From Xylographa opegraphella (taxonomy: Eukaryota): a DNA stretch of 64,000 nt. The translations under genes were made by a program, and so were the position numbers. Position 1 is the first letter of the stretch; each line of letters opens with the position of its first letter. The stretch covers positions 310,001 to 374,000 of the forward strand of contig JALDZX010000013.1 in NCBI GenBank assembly GCA_022813865.1, written 5' to 3'. This document shows positions 26,901 through 39,518 of this stretch, one piece after another. Under the pieces are notes generated by a model. It ran no database searches, had not been told where the DNA came from, and saw only the letters and a list, made by a program, of their open reading frames with translations.

Positions 26901-28318
26901 AAAATGACATTGCCAATGAAGCAATTGAAGGTAATGAAATGGCGAAACTCCTCGAAGGCAAAATCAGCCGGAAGGTAGTCAAGCCCACAGTGATGACAAA
27001 TGTCTATGGAGTCACATTTCAGGGTGCCAAACGACAAGTTGCCTCTCAAATTCGAGACCTTTACCCCACTCTCAGCTCTGATGCAAGGACGTTGATGAAC
27101 ATCTCGTCGTACATCACAAGGAAGATCTTTGCTGCACTTGCAGCAATGTTCAATGGCGCACACGACATCCAATACTGGCTAGGTGAGTGTGCCTCCAGGA
27201 TAAGTGAAGCACTTACACCAGAGCAGCTTCAATGGATCGAGGCGAATGCTTCTGGACAGCACTTTGAAAGTTCAATTTCTGGGAAGGCTACAAACGAAGC
27301 GAAGACCCAAAATGAGCATAGCAGGTTCCGGTCAAGTGTTATTTGGACGACACCTTTAAAAATGCCTGTGGTGCAACCATATCGGACGTCAACGTCCAAG
27401 ACAGTCAAGACGAATTTGCAACTGATCAGCCTTAACGAGCCTTCTGCCTCCGATCCGGTCAGCAAGCGAAAGCAATTGCAAGGATTTCCACCCAATTTTA
27501 TTCACTCTCTCGACGCAACCCACATGTTACTCTCAGCGCTGAGATGTAATGAACAGGGACTTTCATTTGCCGCTGTGCACGATTCCTTCTGGACTCATGC
27601 CGCAGACTTGGATACCATGAATGGCATTCTACGAAATGCTTTCATTAGTATGCATTCGGAAGACATCATTGGGCGGCTGGCTGCCGAGTTCGCTGCAAGG
27701 TATAAGGACTGCATGTATCTCGCATATGTGAAGGCGAACAGTCCTTTAGGGAAGAAGATTACTTCTTTACGTACGTCCATTGGATATTCGAGGAAGGCGA
27801 AGAGACAAAGTCAAATTAATGAGCTATTATTGGAGAAGCGTCGCTTGCGTCTTCTGGCATCCGAAGATTCTAATGAACAAGCTGAAGGAAAGGCTATGAT
27901 TACGCCTGGCAAACTCTTCGCCGAGACTGCAGATGAGAAAGATCTCATGACCTTGGAAGAACTACAAGGCTTGGAAGGTGCAATCGGCGAGGTATCTTCT
28001 ATGAAGTCCAACGATCGGGAAGCACTAGATACATTACAACCATTGCTTGGATCCACAAAGTTATTCGATGAGGATCCTACTACTCAAGCCGAAATAGATT
28101 CCAACGATTCGGTCGATCTAGCGGTAGCACAAAGGGCAGCTAAGGCCAAGAAGGCAAGAAATACGAGGAAAATATGGTTTTGGTTGCCACTCACCTTCCC
28201 ACCAGTCCCAAAAAAGGTAAGTCGTGATTCTCAATAGTTTCTACCTGATATGCTCATAGTAATCTAGGGAGATTTCAATGTTTCCCGCCTCAAGGATAGT
28301 AAATATTTCTTTTCGTAA
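23937..28318 (+). CDS. RPO41: Mitochondrial (T7 phage-type, single-subunit) DNA-directed RNA polymerase
   Basis: HNVDFRGRAYP, PVHQDGTCNGLQHYAALG, RKVVKPTVMTNVYG, PPNFIHSLDATHM, VHDSFWT, C-terminal SKYFFS; Arg/Ser-rich N-terminus resembling a presequence. Introns 24822-24883 and 28217-28267. Confidence 0.97.
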
Positions 28319-28538
28319 CTGTATAAAAACAATAAAACAATCTTTTTCTTCGCTTTAGTACCTACTGGCTCCGATTTTATTGAGCGGCATTTCTTTGGCG
28401 TTACAGCATTTTCGGGTGTCAATGTAAAAGCTGGATGTTGTCCACGTGGTGCTGCCAGCAGCTTGTATATATCTTGTACAGTACGGATGTGAATTTAATC
28501 GTCAGTAACTATCCCAGCTATCTGATGGTCACATGAAC

Positions 28539-28623
28539 TGGTTCCTCAAATCAAATGGTTCCTCAAATCAAATGGTTCCTCAAATCAAATGGTTCCTAAA
28601 ATCAAATGGTTCCTCAAATCAAA
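28539..28623. repeat. 17-bp tandem repeat (TGGTTCCTCAAATCAAA) x5
   Basis: Five near-identical units (one C>A substitution in unit 4), about 220 bp downstream of the RPO41 stop. Confidence 0.95.
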
Positions 28624-28899
28624 TGTTCAATATTACTAAACCCTTCATCTGCTAACCTCATTACTGGGAGAGCATTCCTCGTTGGCATGCTGGTGGGAAT
28701 TCACAGCACGCGGCACCAGCCACCAGACCCATCCGTCAGCCCGTGGCTCGGGAACTCTCTGGTAAGACTATATACCTGTGGTGCATGAAATAAGCAAGAC
28801 ACCGCTTCGGTATATCAGAACTCCTCAACAACATACCCCGACTATCTCGGTGGCCACCTCCTCATACGGGAGACTGGTCTGCGAATAGCTCACTGCCTC

Positions 28900-29880
28900 T
28901 CCTCCCTGCCAGTATCTTGTAAATCTACCATCCACGCACGCGAGCGGAAATATTGCCCTCCGAACCTCGACCGGGCCTTTTCCAGCTTCGCGCACTCCCT
29001 TCCCTATCGCTCCTCCCTCGTATTTTAATGATAACGACCTCCAACTGCGTAACACCGCCTTTCCTTCCCCCTTTCATTCCATCCTCCCGCTCCCGCCACC
29101 AAACCTTTTCTACTGATTCACCATTTCATACACCGCGCTTTACTACACAGTCCCACACGTCGCCGCCTACGTACTCGCACAGCGCGCTGCCAGGGTCTTC
29201 GTCCCGGTGCTCGGATAGCGCACTTCCTTGCACGGGCGATACGGAGACCCCGACATGAAGGCATAGTAGCGGTGGTGGTGAGTGTAGTACGGAAGCGGGA
29301 CTTGCAAGCTGGTGGTTAGGCGCAGAGATGGAGTTGAGAGCAAGGGTGATAGGAAGGGAGATGAAGGCGATGGAGAGGAAGTAGTTAACCAGGTAAAAAA
29401 GCGGGCGAGGAGAGCGGGGCTAGTGGGCTCGAAGTTAGGTACGGACATAGACGTAGCTTCGAGGGAGTGAGACTCCAGAACAGGAGTACGTAGGTACCGT
29501 TGGCCAAAGAAGAGGAGGCGAGCGTTTCCACACCGGATAATGAAAAGTGCGAAAAGGGGCAACAGGCTCTAGCGTCGTTGTGCCACGATAGGTGCAGAAG
29601 AGTGGTGTGCTTTGAGGGGTGGAGGCTGTCACCTACGGATATATGCGGGTGTCCGAACGTGCTGTACGACCTGTTAGGGGGGCGCTGTTGTGCCTTGTGA
29701 CACGGACTCGAATGCAACCGCTGGGCTAGAGAGGTGTGTATGCAAGGTCGCACGCGCTGGGATGGAGCATGATCGAAAAGATGGCCGGCATCAGGTCGGG
29801 GTGGGTGTTGGCCGCGGCTCCATGGGGAGCTCGAACACTGCGGACATGGTGCTACAGCGTCTGGGAAGTGCACAAGGCAT
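28900..29880 (-). pseudogene. Possible degraded HET (heterokaryon incompatibility)-domain-like gene
   Basis: Fragments in shifting frames resemble, in order, typical HET-protein N-terminal motifs: CCPF/PLFALF, PTSPALLARFFTWLTTS, SLRL...RYYAF(MS)/HVG (compare Y.ALSHVWG). Stops and frameshifts are present. Resemblance judged by eye only. Confidence 0.3.
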
Positions 29881-29993
29881 TGGTGATGCGTAGCTTTGTA
29901 GCTAACTGGTCAGTGGTAGGCAAGATGAAGACATAGAAATCCATTTATTTGTAGAATGTTACTACTACAATTGCTACTACAACTTTAGGATAT

Positions 29994-31220
29994 TTAAGCG
30001 ATTTTGACGGTGAGCTTGCCGAAATGCTTTTGGTCCCACTGTCATCCGTCAGCAACAACGTACAAGATCATTGTTAGTTGCAAAAACTCACCATGTACTG
30101 GTACGCCTCTTTCAGCTCCTCCAGTCCAAATACCTTCTTGTCCACCACCGGCTTGATTCCGTTCGCGTCAATGGCCTTGTTCATCTTCTCAAACTGCTCC
30201 CTGCTACCTACCAAAGCACCTCGTACTACACATGTGGACTGCAGCACCTCCAAGAAGCTTGGCTCCTCCTTGGTGTGTCCGGCCAGGAAGCCAATGACGG
30301 TGATCACTCCGTCAATCTTGACGGCGTTGAATGACTGTTTGATGGTTTTCGGACCTCCAACTTCAATAATGTGGTCCACACCCAGACCGCCCGGGGTTAG
30401 CTTCTTAGCGGTCTCGCCCCAGTTCTCATCGGTCTTATAGTTGATGATGTGGTCGGCACCGAGCTTCTTAAGGGTTTCGGCTTTGGCATCACTGCTGGTC
30501 GTCGCAATGACACGAGCACCGGCGGCTTTGGCAAACTGTTTTCATTTAGCGCCTGATTCACGTTTGGGGAACATAACCACGGCTGAAGGTTATAAAGGAT
30601 GACCTACCTGTAGTCCAAAAATACTGACCCCTCCCGTACCTTGGGTCAGCACTGTATCTCCTGGCTTCAATGAACTGCTCTCTAAGCCGTAAAGGGCGTT
30701 CCAGGCCGTAAGTGCCGCACAAGTCAGGGTGCTTCCCTGCTGAAAGTCTAGCGTTTCCGGCATGGCAACCAAGCCTTGCTCGTCAAATGTGCCATACTGT
30801 CGTAGTGTGCCGTCGACAACCCCGCCCACACCCGTAGCTATAGTCGCAGGGGTGAGTGATCCAGCGAGATGGCCTTGATTGAATAGTGTGACAACTTTGT
30901 CGCCTTTCTTGAAGCGCGTGACGCCTGATCCAACGTCCTCGACAGTGCCAGCACCATCCGAACCAGGAACAACCGATGGTTTAGTACCGAATGGATATTG
31001 TCCCTGCGTATAATGATGTCAGTTGGCTTCTGAGCGTAAAGTAGGAAAAGCTCCATACCTTTGGGATAATGAGATCGCGGTAGTTGAGGGAAGCGTAGTG
31101 GAAGTGAACGAGGACGTCGCGCTCACCGAGGGAAGGGATTGGCGCATCTTTGTTGAATTTGAGGCTGTCGAAGCCTGAGGTACCTTCAACGGTCCATTGG
31201 CCGGTTGTACTTGGAGCCAT
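29994..31220 (-). CDS. MDR-family (zinc-binding alcohol dehydrogenase-like / NADPH quinone reductase) oxidoreductase
   Basis: ASLNYRDL, VPGSDGAG, LTCAALTAWNAL, QGTGGVSIFGLQ, GVDHIIEVGG, KHFGKLTVKIA; three canonical introns. Confidence 0.93.
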
Positions 31221-33738
31221 GCTGTTGGATATGATTGATCTATGAGAGAATATATGCAGTTAACTTTCGAAGACAATTTTATGGTGGAATAAAGTTGAAC
31301 AGCCGTCGAGAGCCTGGGCCTTTAAGGACGTCGAGAAGATCCACAGGCCTTGTGCCAATAGCGGCCCACTCGGTATGCATGACGTTTAGCTGATCAAAGC
31401 AATTATTGATGGGTTGGGTGATTGAACATGACGTTGGGAGGCATCAGAGTGAACGGTAAAGTCCTTCGGTTTTCTGGCAAATCCCGCCCCACCCGGACCA
31501 GAGGGAGATCTGCCGAGGCAGCCGGCAGCCAAGCGCCATGGATTTAACGGTTAAACCCTAACCGGAACCCTACGTGACTGCTGTTTGTGCCTTCGGAGCT
31601 TCGTAGCCATGATGATCTGTCAATATCCAGGATTCGGGATCTTTAGCTACATTACGTCTGTTGTCAAAGCACACTATAGATGCCAGAGCATATGGGAGAG
31701 CTCCTTTAGCTGACCACAACGACCTTGGGAACATCATGCTGACAAATATATTGATAGATCTCAGCAATAGGATAATAGCAAGTACGGTTACCGAAGCCCG
31801 CCATCCTGTCTCTTCGAGGTACAGTATTTTACATATGCCGACAGTTCGCACTCTCACTCCTTGTTGGCTAATTTGTTTTCTTTTTCCGACAAATAATAAT
31901 GAAGACAAGCCGTAACTTCCCGAGTCCTATCAACAATGGCTCTCTCTGCTGCTCCCTTTACCATAGCCAAAGACTCGAAATACAAACTTCGCGAAATTCG
32001 AAAATCATCGAGCCACTGATCCGTCCAGTCGTGATAAGGACTGGCACATCTGGTCAGAGTTTCTGCCAACCTACCGTTGAGGCATCGAACAGCAATTAAA
32101 GCCCACCAATGGCTCCGACGGGAGGAGTAGAACATTGATACCAAGAGAATTCCCATGGTTACCAGAAGGGTCAAAAGTCACTTATCATGGATGGTCTGCT
32201 TGGAATTTTTGAGTGCTAGATAGAAAGGCTAGTCACAGCGCGTTTCTGGAAGGATTTTCTGCTTTCGGGTGAAGACCACTTCAGAACTTGGTAGCACCAT
32301 GAGGTTAGTTCATGTCACGGTTCCAACCGCGGGTAGACCGGGAGCATGGCCAGGCATGTGCTATGAATCGTTCACAGTCGGTGACACGCTCCACACCTCT
32401 GTAGTACAACGACGGATACAACCGAGACCTTCGAAGAAAGCCCTTGCTGGTACAGTCGAGATCATGGTCATACCCGCCAGCAGTCCGACCCCTTTGATGT
32501 CCCAATCTTGTTATTCGCTTCTTCAAGTTCTACAATGTCGTCGTAAGCCAAATCCGGATGGCACCCTGCAAATTTCCGTAGCGTCGCGCTCTGAAGGTAT
32601 GACAAGACTCGAGACACATGAGATGTACGCTTGCCTCAATACATAAGGTTGAACTTGGAATGTATCAGCAAAGCACGTGCCAGAACGTGTCTAATCTTAA
32701 CACACATCGACCAATAGGAAGTATCATATTTCAATATGGTGGCACTATGGACTGTCCAAAAGTTGAATTTTCATCAAAGCACTTGATAGCCTTCGAGCTC
32801 GGAGCAACATACAGCGCCCATGGACACTTGCATCGTAAGAGTATACAACAAAGAAATTGGAAGCCTGGGGGCGTGCATCCTTGCGGATCGTGTCCGGAAG
32901 GGTATCACTAAATCCCCAACCAACTTTATCGTGCACCTTTATTGAACTATCATTATTGTGGAGGATCTGAAAAACATAAAACGGGACATACATCTAGTGC
33001 TATGTTATGGATGGAGTATTTATTAGAGATATTTCTCGTCTGTCCAACAAGAAGTCTTAGGCGATGATTTTAGCGGCATTCGGGATATTCTAACCATATA
33101 CCCCTGTGAGATGACCACCGACTTTCGATTTCAAGTCCCCAGATCCCAAAGCGAGACACAAGGTAGTTCAGGAGTCAGGTACTTTTAACTTAAGGTAGCT
33201 AGCTCATCGCTATTTACATTGAAGTCAACAGAATACTCGTCGGACAAAATCCCATAGGTTGTACATCATTAGATACAGTACGTCCCGCTGGACTTCTCAG
33301 ACACTGACCACGAAGCATTCTCTTCGCCAGGATCATCGTGCCAAATATTCCATCTCGCAGATTACCGGACGAGCTTTACACCGCGTAGTGGCTGGATGAT
33401 CTGTCCATCTACTGTCTCTTTTCTTAGTGAAAACTAAATGAAGGACACGTTCAGTTATCAAATCAATTGTATCAATGATCTGGAGATGACTTACCCTGTC
33501 TTTTTCATCCTGCTTGCTGGCATTTGACGTAGAGAATGACAAGGAGGGCAAGCGAACACTTCAACAGATCTATTAGTATTTCCACAACTCATTGAGATAC
33601 CATGCTACAATATGAAAACCTGAAAGACTGATCGTAAAGATAGAGGATAGAAGTGATCTATTGTGCCGTAAATGGAGTCGAACGAAGATGTAATATACAA
33701 AACGTATGAGAGTGTAATATTGATCCCACGAAGATCCG

Positions 33739-34436
33739 TTAATGTCTGCCGCACAACTGCCTATCATCTTTCATCCTAACATACCTAGAATTTGCACTCT
33801 CTAATGCATAGATTCCATAGCCTGCACCCCAAGGACCAACAACAAAGTCGTCATGCTGGCCTTGCTTCCTGGCTTCATGGCTGAGGACATCTGCCTGTTT
33901 TTGGCGTATGTTCCTAAGAATACCCATTCTTTGGTATCTACGGAACAAATATATGACTCTCAATGAGAAATCAGCTTCAGTCGTATAAGGTGATAATTGG
34001 GAGCAACTTACAAGCAGCCAAGAACCGCAAAGCCAAAGAACGCGCCGATGACAATATCCAGCCATACCGGAACACCAGTATCAGGACTCAGGGCCTTTAT
34101 GGCTGCTGGGCTCGTAGGAGCAGTGGAGTTGAACGAGATGCGCATTTTGGAATAGTTGACTCTGTTGAGATATGCAGTTCTGTATGCTTGGGCAATAGCT
34201 GCTTGACAGGAACCACAAGTGTTAACCCCAGGGTATTTATTGGTACAATCTTTGGTGAACATGCGTAGGGCAGTCGTAGCCGAGCTCCCGTCCAGCGTGA
34301 CACGTGTAGTACAGTGCTCCGGCCTCATACATATTGACTCGTAGAGCCGGATAAGAAGGACCACGCCCAGGGTAGCTTTCTGTAGCTCGCCGCTAGGCTG
34401 TTCTTCAAGTGCATGGAACGGTACCTTAGCGAGCAG
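33739..34436 (-). CDS. Partial model of a hypothetical single-pass membrane protein (5' end unresolved)
   Basis: Splicing intron 34011-33959 (GTAAGT...GAG) gives a Cys-containing region, then TM VWLDIVIGAFFGFAVLGCLVIYLF followed by RRYQR. I could not identify the upstream start exon. Confidence 0.35.
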
Positions 34437-35699
34437 CTAAGTTTAGCGACATATCTGGCTGTGCGCGTGCACCACGAATGAACGTCGACAATGATATTGA
34501 TGCCGAAAGCAGCTGCGGCTATCGCGCCTATTTGTTATGGTAATCACCAGCCTCTGTCCAAAGCCCTCTTCAATCAAGAGCGCCTTTTAACCTTGCCGGC
34601 TCTCGTCTCAATGTACTGCCCTCTGAGTTAACTTAGATGGCAAGTCCATGCTCTAAGTTGTGTTAAGATCTGGAGGGCGGGAGAATGGTTGCTTGTTGGT
34701 GATTCCCTACATAGTGGCGTCCAGCAGCTTGACAGATTTCGATGTAAAGTTGTAGGGGTTCCTACATAGGCTCCCATATGAAGGACCAGTTTTTGAGAAT
34801 ATGCAGGGTAATTCATAGCCTGCTATACAGTCTTGCGGCCATGGACGAGCTTCGTGCAAACTTTCTCATAGTCATGTTCAACAACAATAGTCATGCTTGA
34901 CAAGACTAGAATTTGAAACATGATTGTATATTGAGGGTAGCGATGGTAGAGTGGGCAAATGGCTTATGAATATTTCAGTGCATGAAATTTATATATATAA
35001 GAACTTCAAGAAAGCAGGGAATCATCAAGGAATTGAGAGAGATCATCTTTGGTGAAGTTAACGTCTCAGGTGCACCGCTTGTGATCTCAATAAATGGATC
35101 TGGCGCTACATGTAGACAGTGCAAGGGAAAGTGATAGAGAAAGCGGAGACCATACAAGGGGTGAAGACTAGCTTGCCAGCACAATGATTATAATATATGT
35201 GATTATAAAAAAGACAACAGTCGTAACCAAATTTCGAGCCTATGTACTTACACGAAATCGCTCCGCAAGACAGCATTGACTCTAGATGACACCGGGTCAG
35301 CTGTGTGCATTAGTCTCCCTGGCAGAGCCCAACATTTAACGACAATGAGAGTGACGATAATGTGCATCATTTTCCACATCACAAATCTTGTATTGGAAAA
35401 TCTTTATAAGCAATATTGTAGCAATCGACTAAGAGCATCCGTTTTCCGAGAAGTCTCGCTGCCACACGTCGAGGCTTGAGTTTCTAAACTTATGAGCTGG
35501 GTCGTAGTGGCACCCTTCATCCAAGCCAAGTGTGGCTAATCCCCCGAATCACTTCCCGGACGACCCGTGTCAGATCCGTGGTCTGCATGTCTATTGTACG
35601 TAAGCTAACCACTATGGCATCACAGCCGAACAACATCCCTTGATTGCTGTCATGGTGGTCTTGAAGCGTTGTCCATCACCGTGTATCCATTGAACTTTC

Positions 35700-37201
35700 T
35701 TACTTCGGATAATCTTTGATGTGGAAGCTCTTTAATTTGACAAACTGCTCAAAGCCAAATTTGCTGAGAGTAACTCCCCTGCCCGAATTCTTCCAGCCAG
35801 TCCAAGCAAGATCCTGTAAAGTTGTAAGACAAAATCGCTCGGAAGACATAGGGACAGCTTACTGGGCTTGGGAAGTCGCAACGATTAACAAAGACGGTGC
35901 CAGCCTCAACTCCCTCGGCAAGCTCTTCTCCACGTCTTATATCTCTAGTCCAGATGCTGGCAGTCAGACCAAATTCGCTGTCGTTCATCAACCTTACTGC
36001 CTCCTCGTCATCACCAACTTTCATGACTGGTATTACTGGACCAAATGTCTCTTCATTCATGATATCCATATCGTGTGTAACGCCGATAAGCAATGTTGGC
36101 TTAACATAGTTTCCATCAACAGGTGCAGAGGAAAAGCTCTCGTTCGGTGGCGTCATGTCCACGGCTCCTTTTTCAAGAGCATCCTGTATATGGACATTGA
36201 TCATATGCAACGATCTTTTTGAGACCACCGGACCGACATTTGTCTTAGGATCCATTGGGTCGCCGAGCTTGTAACCCTTCAGAACCTCCTGAACTGCAGT
36301 CACGAATTCATCATGTATTTTTTCATCCACGTAAACTCTTTCAATGCTACAGCAGCTCTGGCCAGAGTTGAAAACTGCACCATCCACTATTTCCTCTGCC
36401 GCCCATTTGACATCTACGTCGGCCCGTATATATGCCGGATCCTTCCCTCCTAGCTCAAGCCCAACATTCACAACCCTTTGAGCCGCAGCAAGTTGTACTG
36501 ATAATCCACCAGAAACAGAACCGGTAAAGCAAATATGACGTATCTGCGGCGAGCGTATTATGCTTTCCAGATGCATCTGCGCACCGCAATGGAAAAACTG
36601 TATCACGTCCGGCGCCAAGCCAGCTTCAGTGAATGAGTGGTGTATGTGCTCCACTATCGTGGGGGTTTGAGGCGAGGGTTTGAGAATCACAGAATTACCA
36701 GATAAGAGTGCGGGTATCAACGAATTGACGAGAATGAGGTATGGATACTATTTGTTACCTATTAGTACCTAGGATGGCTAAGGTGAATGATTTACCTGCA
36801 TTCCATGCAAAAAGGATCAGGACTGGGCCAACAGGAAGTTTTCTGATATACCGCTTAAAGCCAGCCTCGATTTCGCCATCTGTATCTTTTAATGCATCTT
36901 CACTTATTTTCAGAAGGTATCTCCCCCTTGCAACGGCGGTGGTGATTTCTTTCGCGGTGTAGGCAATCGGCCTTCCAATCTGCTCTGTAAGCTCCCTAGC
37001 TAGTTGATCTTGCTTCGATAACAGTGCATCAAGCGCTTTGCCCACAATGGCTTGACGCTGCTTCAGAGTGGTCTCTCGGATTGACTCGAAAGCACTCTCG
37101 GCTCGTCTGGGCAGTAAGGCAATATCAGGCGCAGAAAGAGCGTTTCGATACACGATAGGCTTATTCGTGCAGGGAGATATTGTCACCAGTACCTCGGCCA
37201 T
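35700..37201 (-). CDS. NAD(P)-dependent aldehyde dehydrogenase
   Basis: FAWN|YPY, LKPSPQTP, FTGSVSGG, catalytic LELGGKDP and FNSGQSCC, EETFGP, GWKNSGRG. Introns 36799-36748 (GC-AG) and approximately 35862-35814. Confidence 0.93.
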
Positions 37202-37458
37202 TTTGAATTCGTGACAGGCAAAATTCGTCGACGAGACACAAGACCGCTTTCTTTGGCTGCTTTTCACTTATGCGAACAAAAACATCGGCAGAGCTTATCG
37301 ATAGGACTAGGGCGAACTAATTGTGCCAAGGCCTGCGAGAGTCCTGGGTGTTGTCATTTGGAATGCACCAATAGTTTGTATAATACTTGTGATATTGGAT
37401 ATGTTCGCCTACTCACGAGATAAACGGTCAATGTCATTACACTGCTTTGTATACCAAT

Positions 37459-38356
37459 CTATCCACCCGAGTTTTTAAGTCGGTATAACTTTTCAACGTC
37501 GCCTACGAGGTCTTCTACGTTTGAGCCACCATTGCAGTCTTTCCACATGCCCCCATCTCTGATACATCTGAACTTATTATCAAGTCTGACAGTGCAGCTG
37601 TATTTCACCCCAGCGTCCTTACTTCGCTTGACACTGGCCTCGAGAATATCAAGACCTTTGCCATCTTCGCTCACACAATCGTTCAAAAGATCAAAGTCTA
37701 CTCCATGTTCCAGAGCGCAGTTCTCCACGAGTGACCTTTTTGGTATGTTTGGATAGTCCATAATCATGCACGTTGAAAAGCCAAGAGATACTTTAGTATC
37801 ATTGGAGTAGAGGTCGTTCGCGCACAAGGAAAGAATATTTCCCAAACACTCGGTTTGCCCATGTTTACACAAAACCGAATCGTCCGAGTCGATACTATAA
37901 TGAGAGTGTCGAATTAGCACCGTGGACCACAATAGAGATCATGTGCGGCCGAGGTTGATGTGAAGCTTACCTTCCAATGAATGAAAGTCTGAAGTCTACC
38001 TTGTCGACGATTTTTTCCATAGCAGGCACCACAAAATCTCTCAAACAGTCCCTTGCGTCAGGACACTTGGACATAATATGCGCTTCTAGGGGAACCTTTA
38101 TTACGCTTTTGCCATACAGTATGGCAGTGTGATCGCTCAAGTAAGTCGACGAAGAATGACCACCGTCAGGCCACATGATAGACATCGGCGTAGCTACAAG
38201 ACCTAGATGGAGGAGAATGAGAGATCCAAGGCCTGCCGCAAGGAGGAAGACAAGAAGAAGCCGTCGCGGTGCACGCGTGCGTGGTCGCGTAAGCATGGGT
38301 TGGGAGGAAGACGGCCTATCGAAGGTCTTTTCGAGAGATATCTTTTCACCCATCAT
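37459..38356 (-). CDS. GILT-like (gamma-interferon-inducible lysosomal thiol reductase family) protein with N-terminal membrane anchor
   Basis: VPLEAHIMSKCPDARDC, CKHGQTECLGN signature, SCTVRL, CIRDGG.W.DC; one intron, approximately 37970-37896. Confidence 0.85.
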
Positions 38357-38635
38357 CTTAAAGTGAGAAGATTGATGGTTTCGCCGTTCACATTGCAACC
38401 GATTTGAGAGGTGAACATCACAAGCTCAAAGGGATTTAGGCCACGGATATCCTGGTCTTGGTTAGTTCAGATTATGTCATCTCAACGGCCGCTTACGAGA
38501 CTGTGTACTGAGCTACTCTCCCACTGTACTCCGTAGCACCGCTCCCGCAATCCACTCACTGAATTGCAACAACGAATTAGTTACATATTGCGTAGGCCCC
38601 TCCGCGGCCTCACACGACGGTCGCTCCAGCTTAAA

Positions 38636-39518
38636 ATGGCGACATCTAAAGAAGAGTTGGCCACGTCGATGGAGAATCCTGATGTGCCGGGCACCAATAA
38701 ACGATTTGTCCCCTTAGGTATGCAGATATGATGCAGCTACCTCTCAATTTGGGGACTGAAAGTTGTCCAGAAAACAATCCTGAGGTTATGTCATCTCTAC
38801 TCCACCAATTGGGCTTGTCCAAATCGATAGGTTTTCATGATGTATACAGCATAGACGACCCGGAACTTCTTGCGTTCGTGCCTCGACCAGCTTATGCGCT
38901 GCTGCTAGTGTTTCCTGTCAACGAAAGTTACGAGAAGTTTAGAAGCAAGGAGGACTCTGGGAAACCTGAGTACAACGGGTCCGGTCCAGAAGAAGAGGTG
39001 ATGTGGTTTAAGCAGACAATTGGGAATGCCTGTGGTTTGATCGGACTACTTCATGGTGCAAGTAATGGGCCAGTAAAGAACTTTATTGGTATGCCGTTGT
39101 TTAGTGAGATAGACCGACCGCTAACTCTGCTCAAGGACGCGATTCAGATCTGGAACGTCTCTTACAAGAAGCAACGCCTCTCAAACCAACACAGCGGGCG
39201 GACTTGCTCTATGAATCCCGGGCCCTTGAATCGGCACACCAGATCGCCGCCCAAAAGGGCGACACAGCTGCACCATCGGCTGAGGACCACGTTGAGCTTC
39301 ATTACGTATGTTTTGTTAAGTCAATGGACAATAACCTGTGGGAAATGGATGGACGAAGGATCGGGCCCATAAAATTAGGAAACTTAGAACCTGAAGAAGA
39401 TGTTCTCAGTGAAAAAGCTCTGGCATTAAGTGTGAGAAGCTTTTTGAAGCGAGAAGAACAAGCGGGTGGCGGTGAACTTAGGTTCAGCCTTGTGGCCTTG
39501 GGTCAGAGCTTCGATTGA
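38636..39518 (+). CDS. YUH1: Ubiquitin carboxyl-terminal hydrolase, peptidase C12 (Yuh1/UCH-L3-like)
   Basis: PLENNPEV, DVYSIDDPELL, catalytic QTIGNACGLIGLLH, HYVCFV, WEMDGRR; introns 38718-38770 and 39089-39135. Confidence 0.9.

Noticed and set aside
31550..31575. Telomere-like AAACCCTAACC...AACCCTA and a small palindrome
   Set aside because: Too short to distinguish from chance or a generic promoter motif.
31570..33000. Several 80-125-aa ORFs with hydrophobic patches
   Set aside because: No family motifs or consistent splice model.
36748..36799. Nested/twin intron explanation for the ALDH donor
   Set aside because: 52 nt is too short for two introns; a GC-AG intron is simpler.
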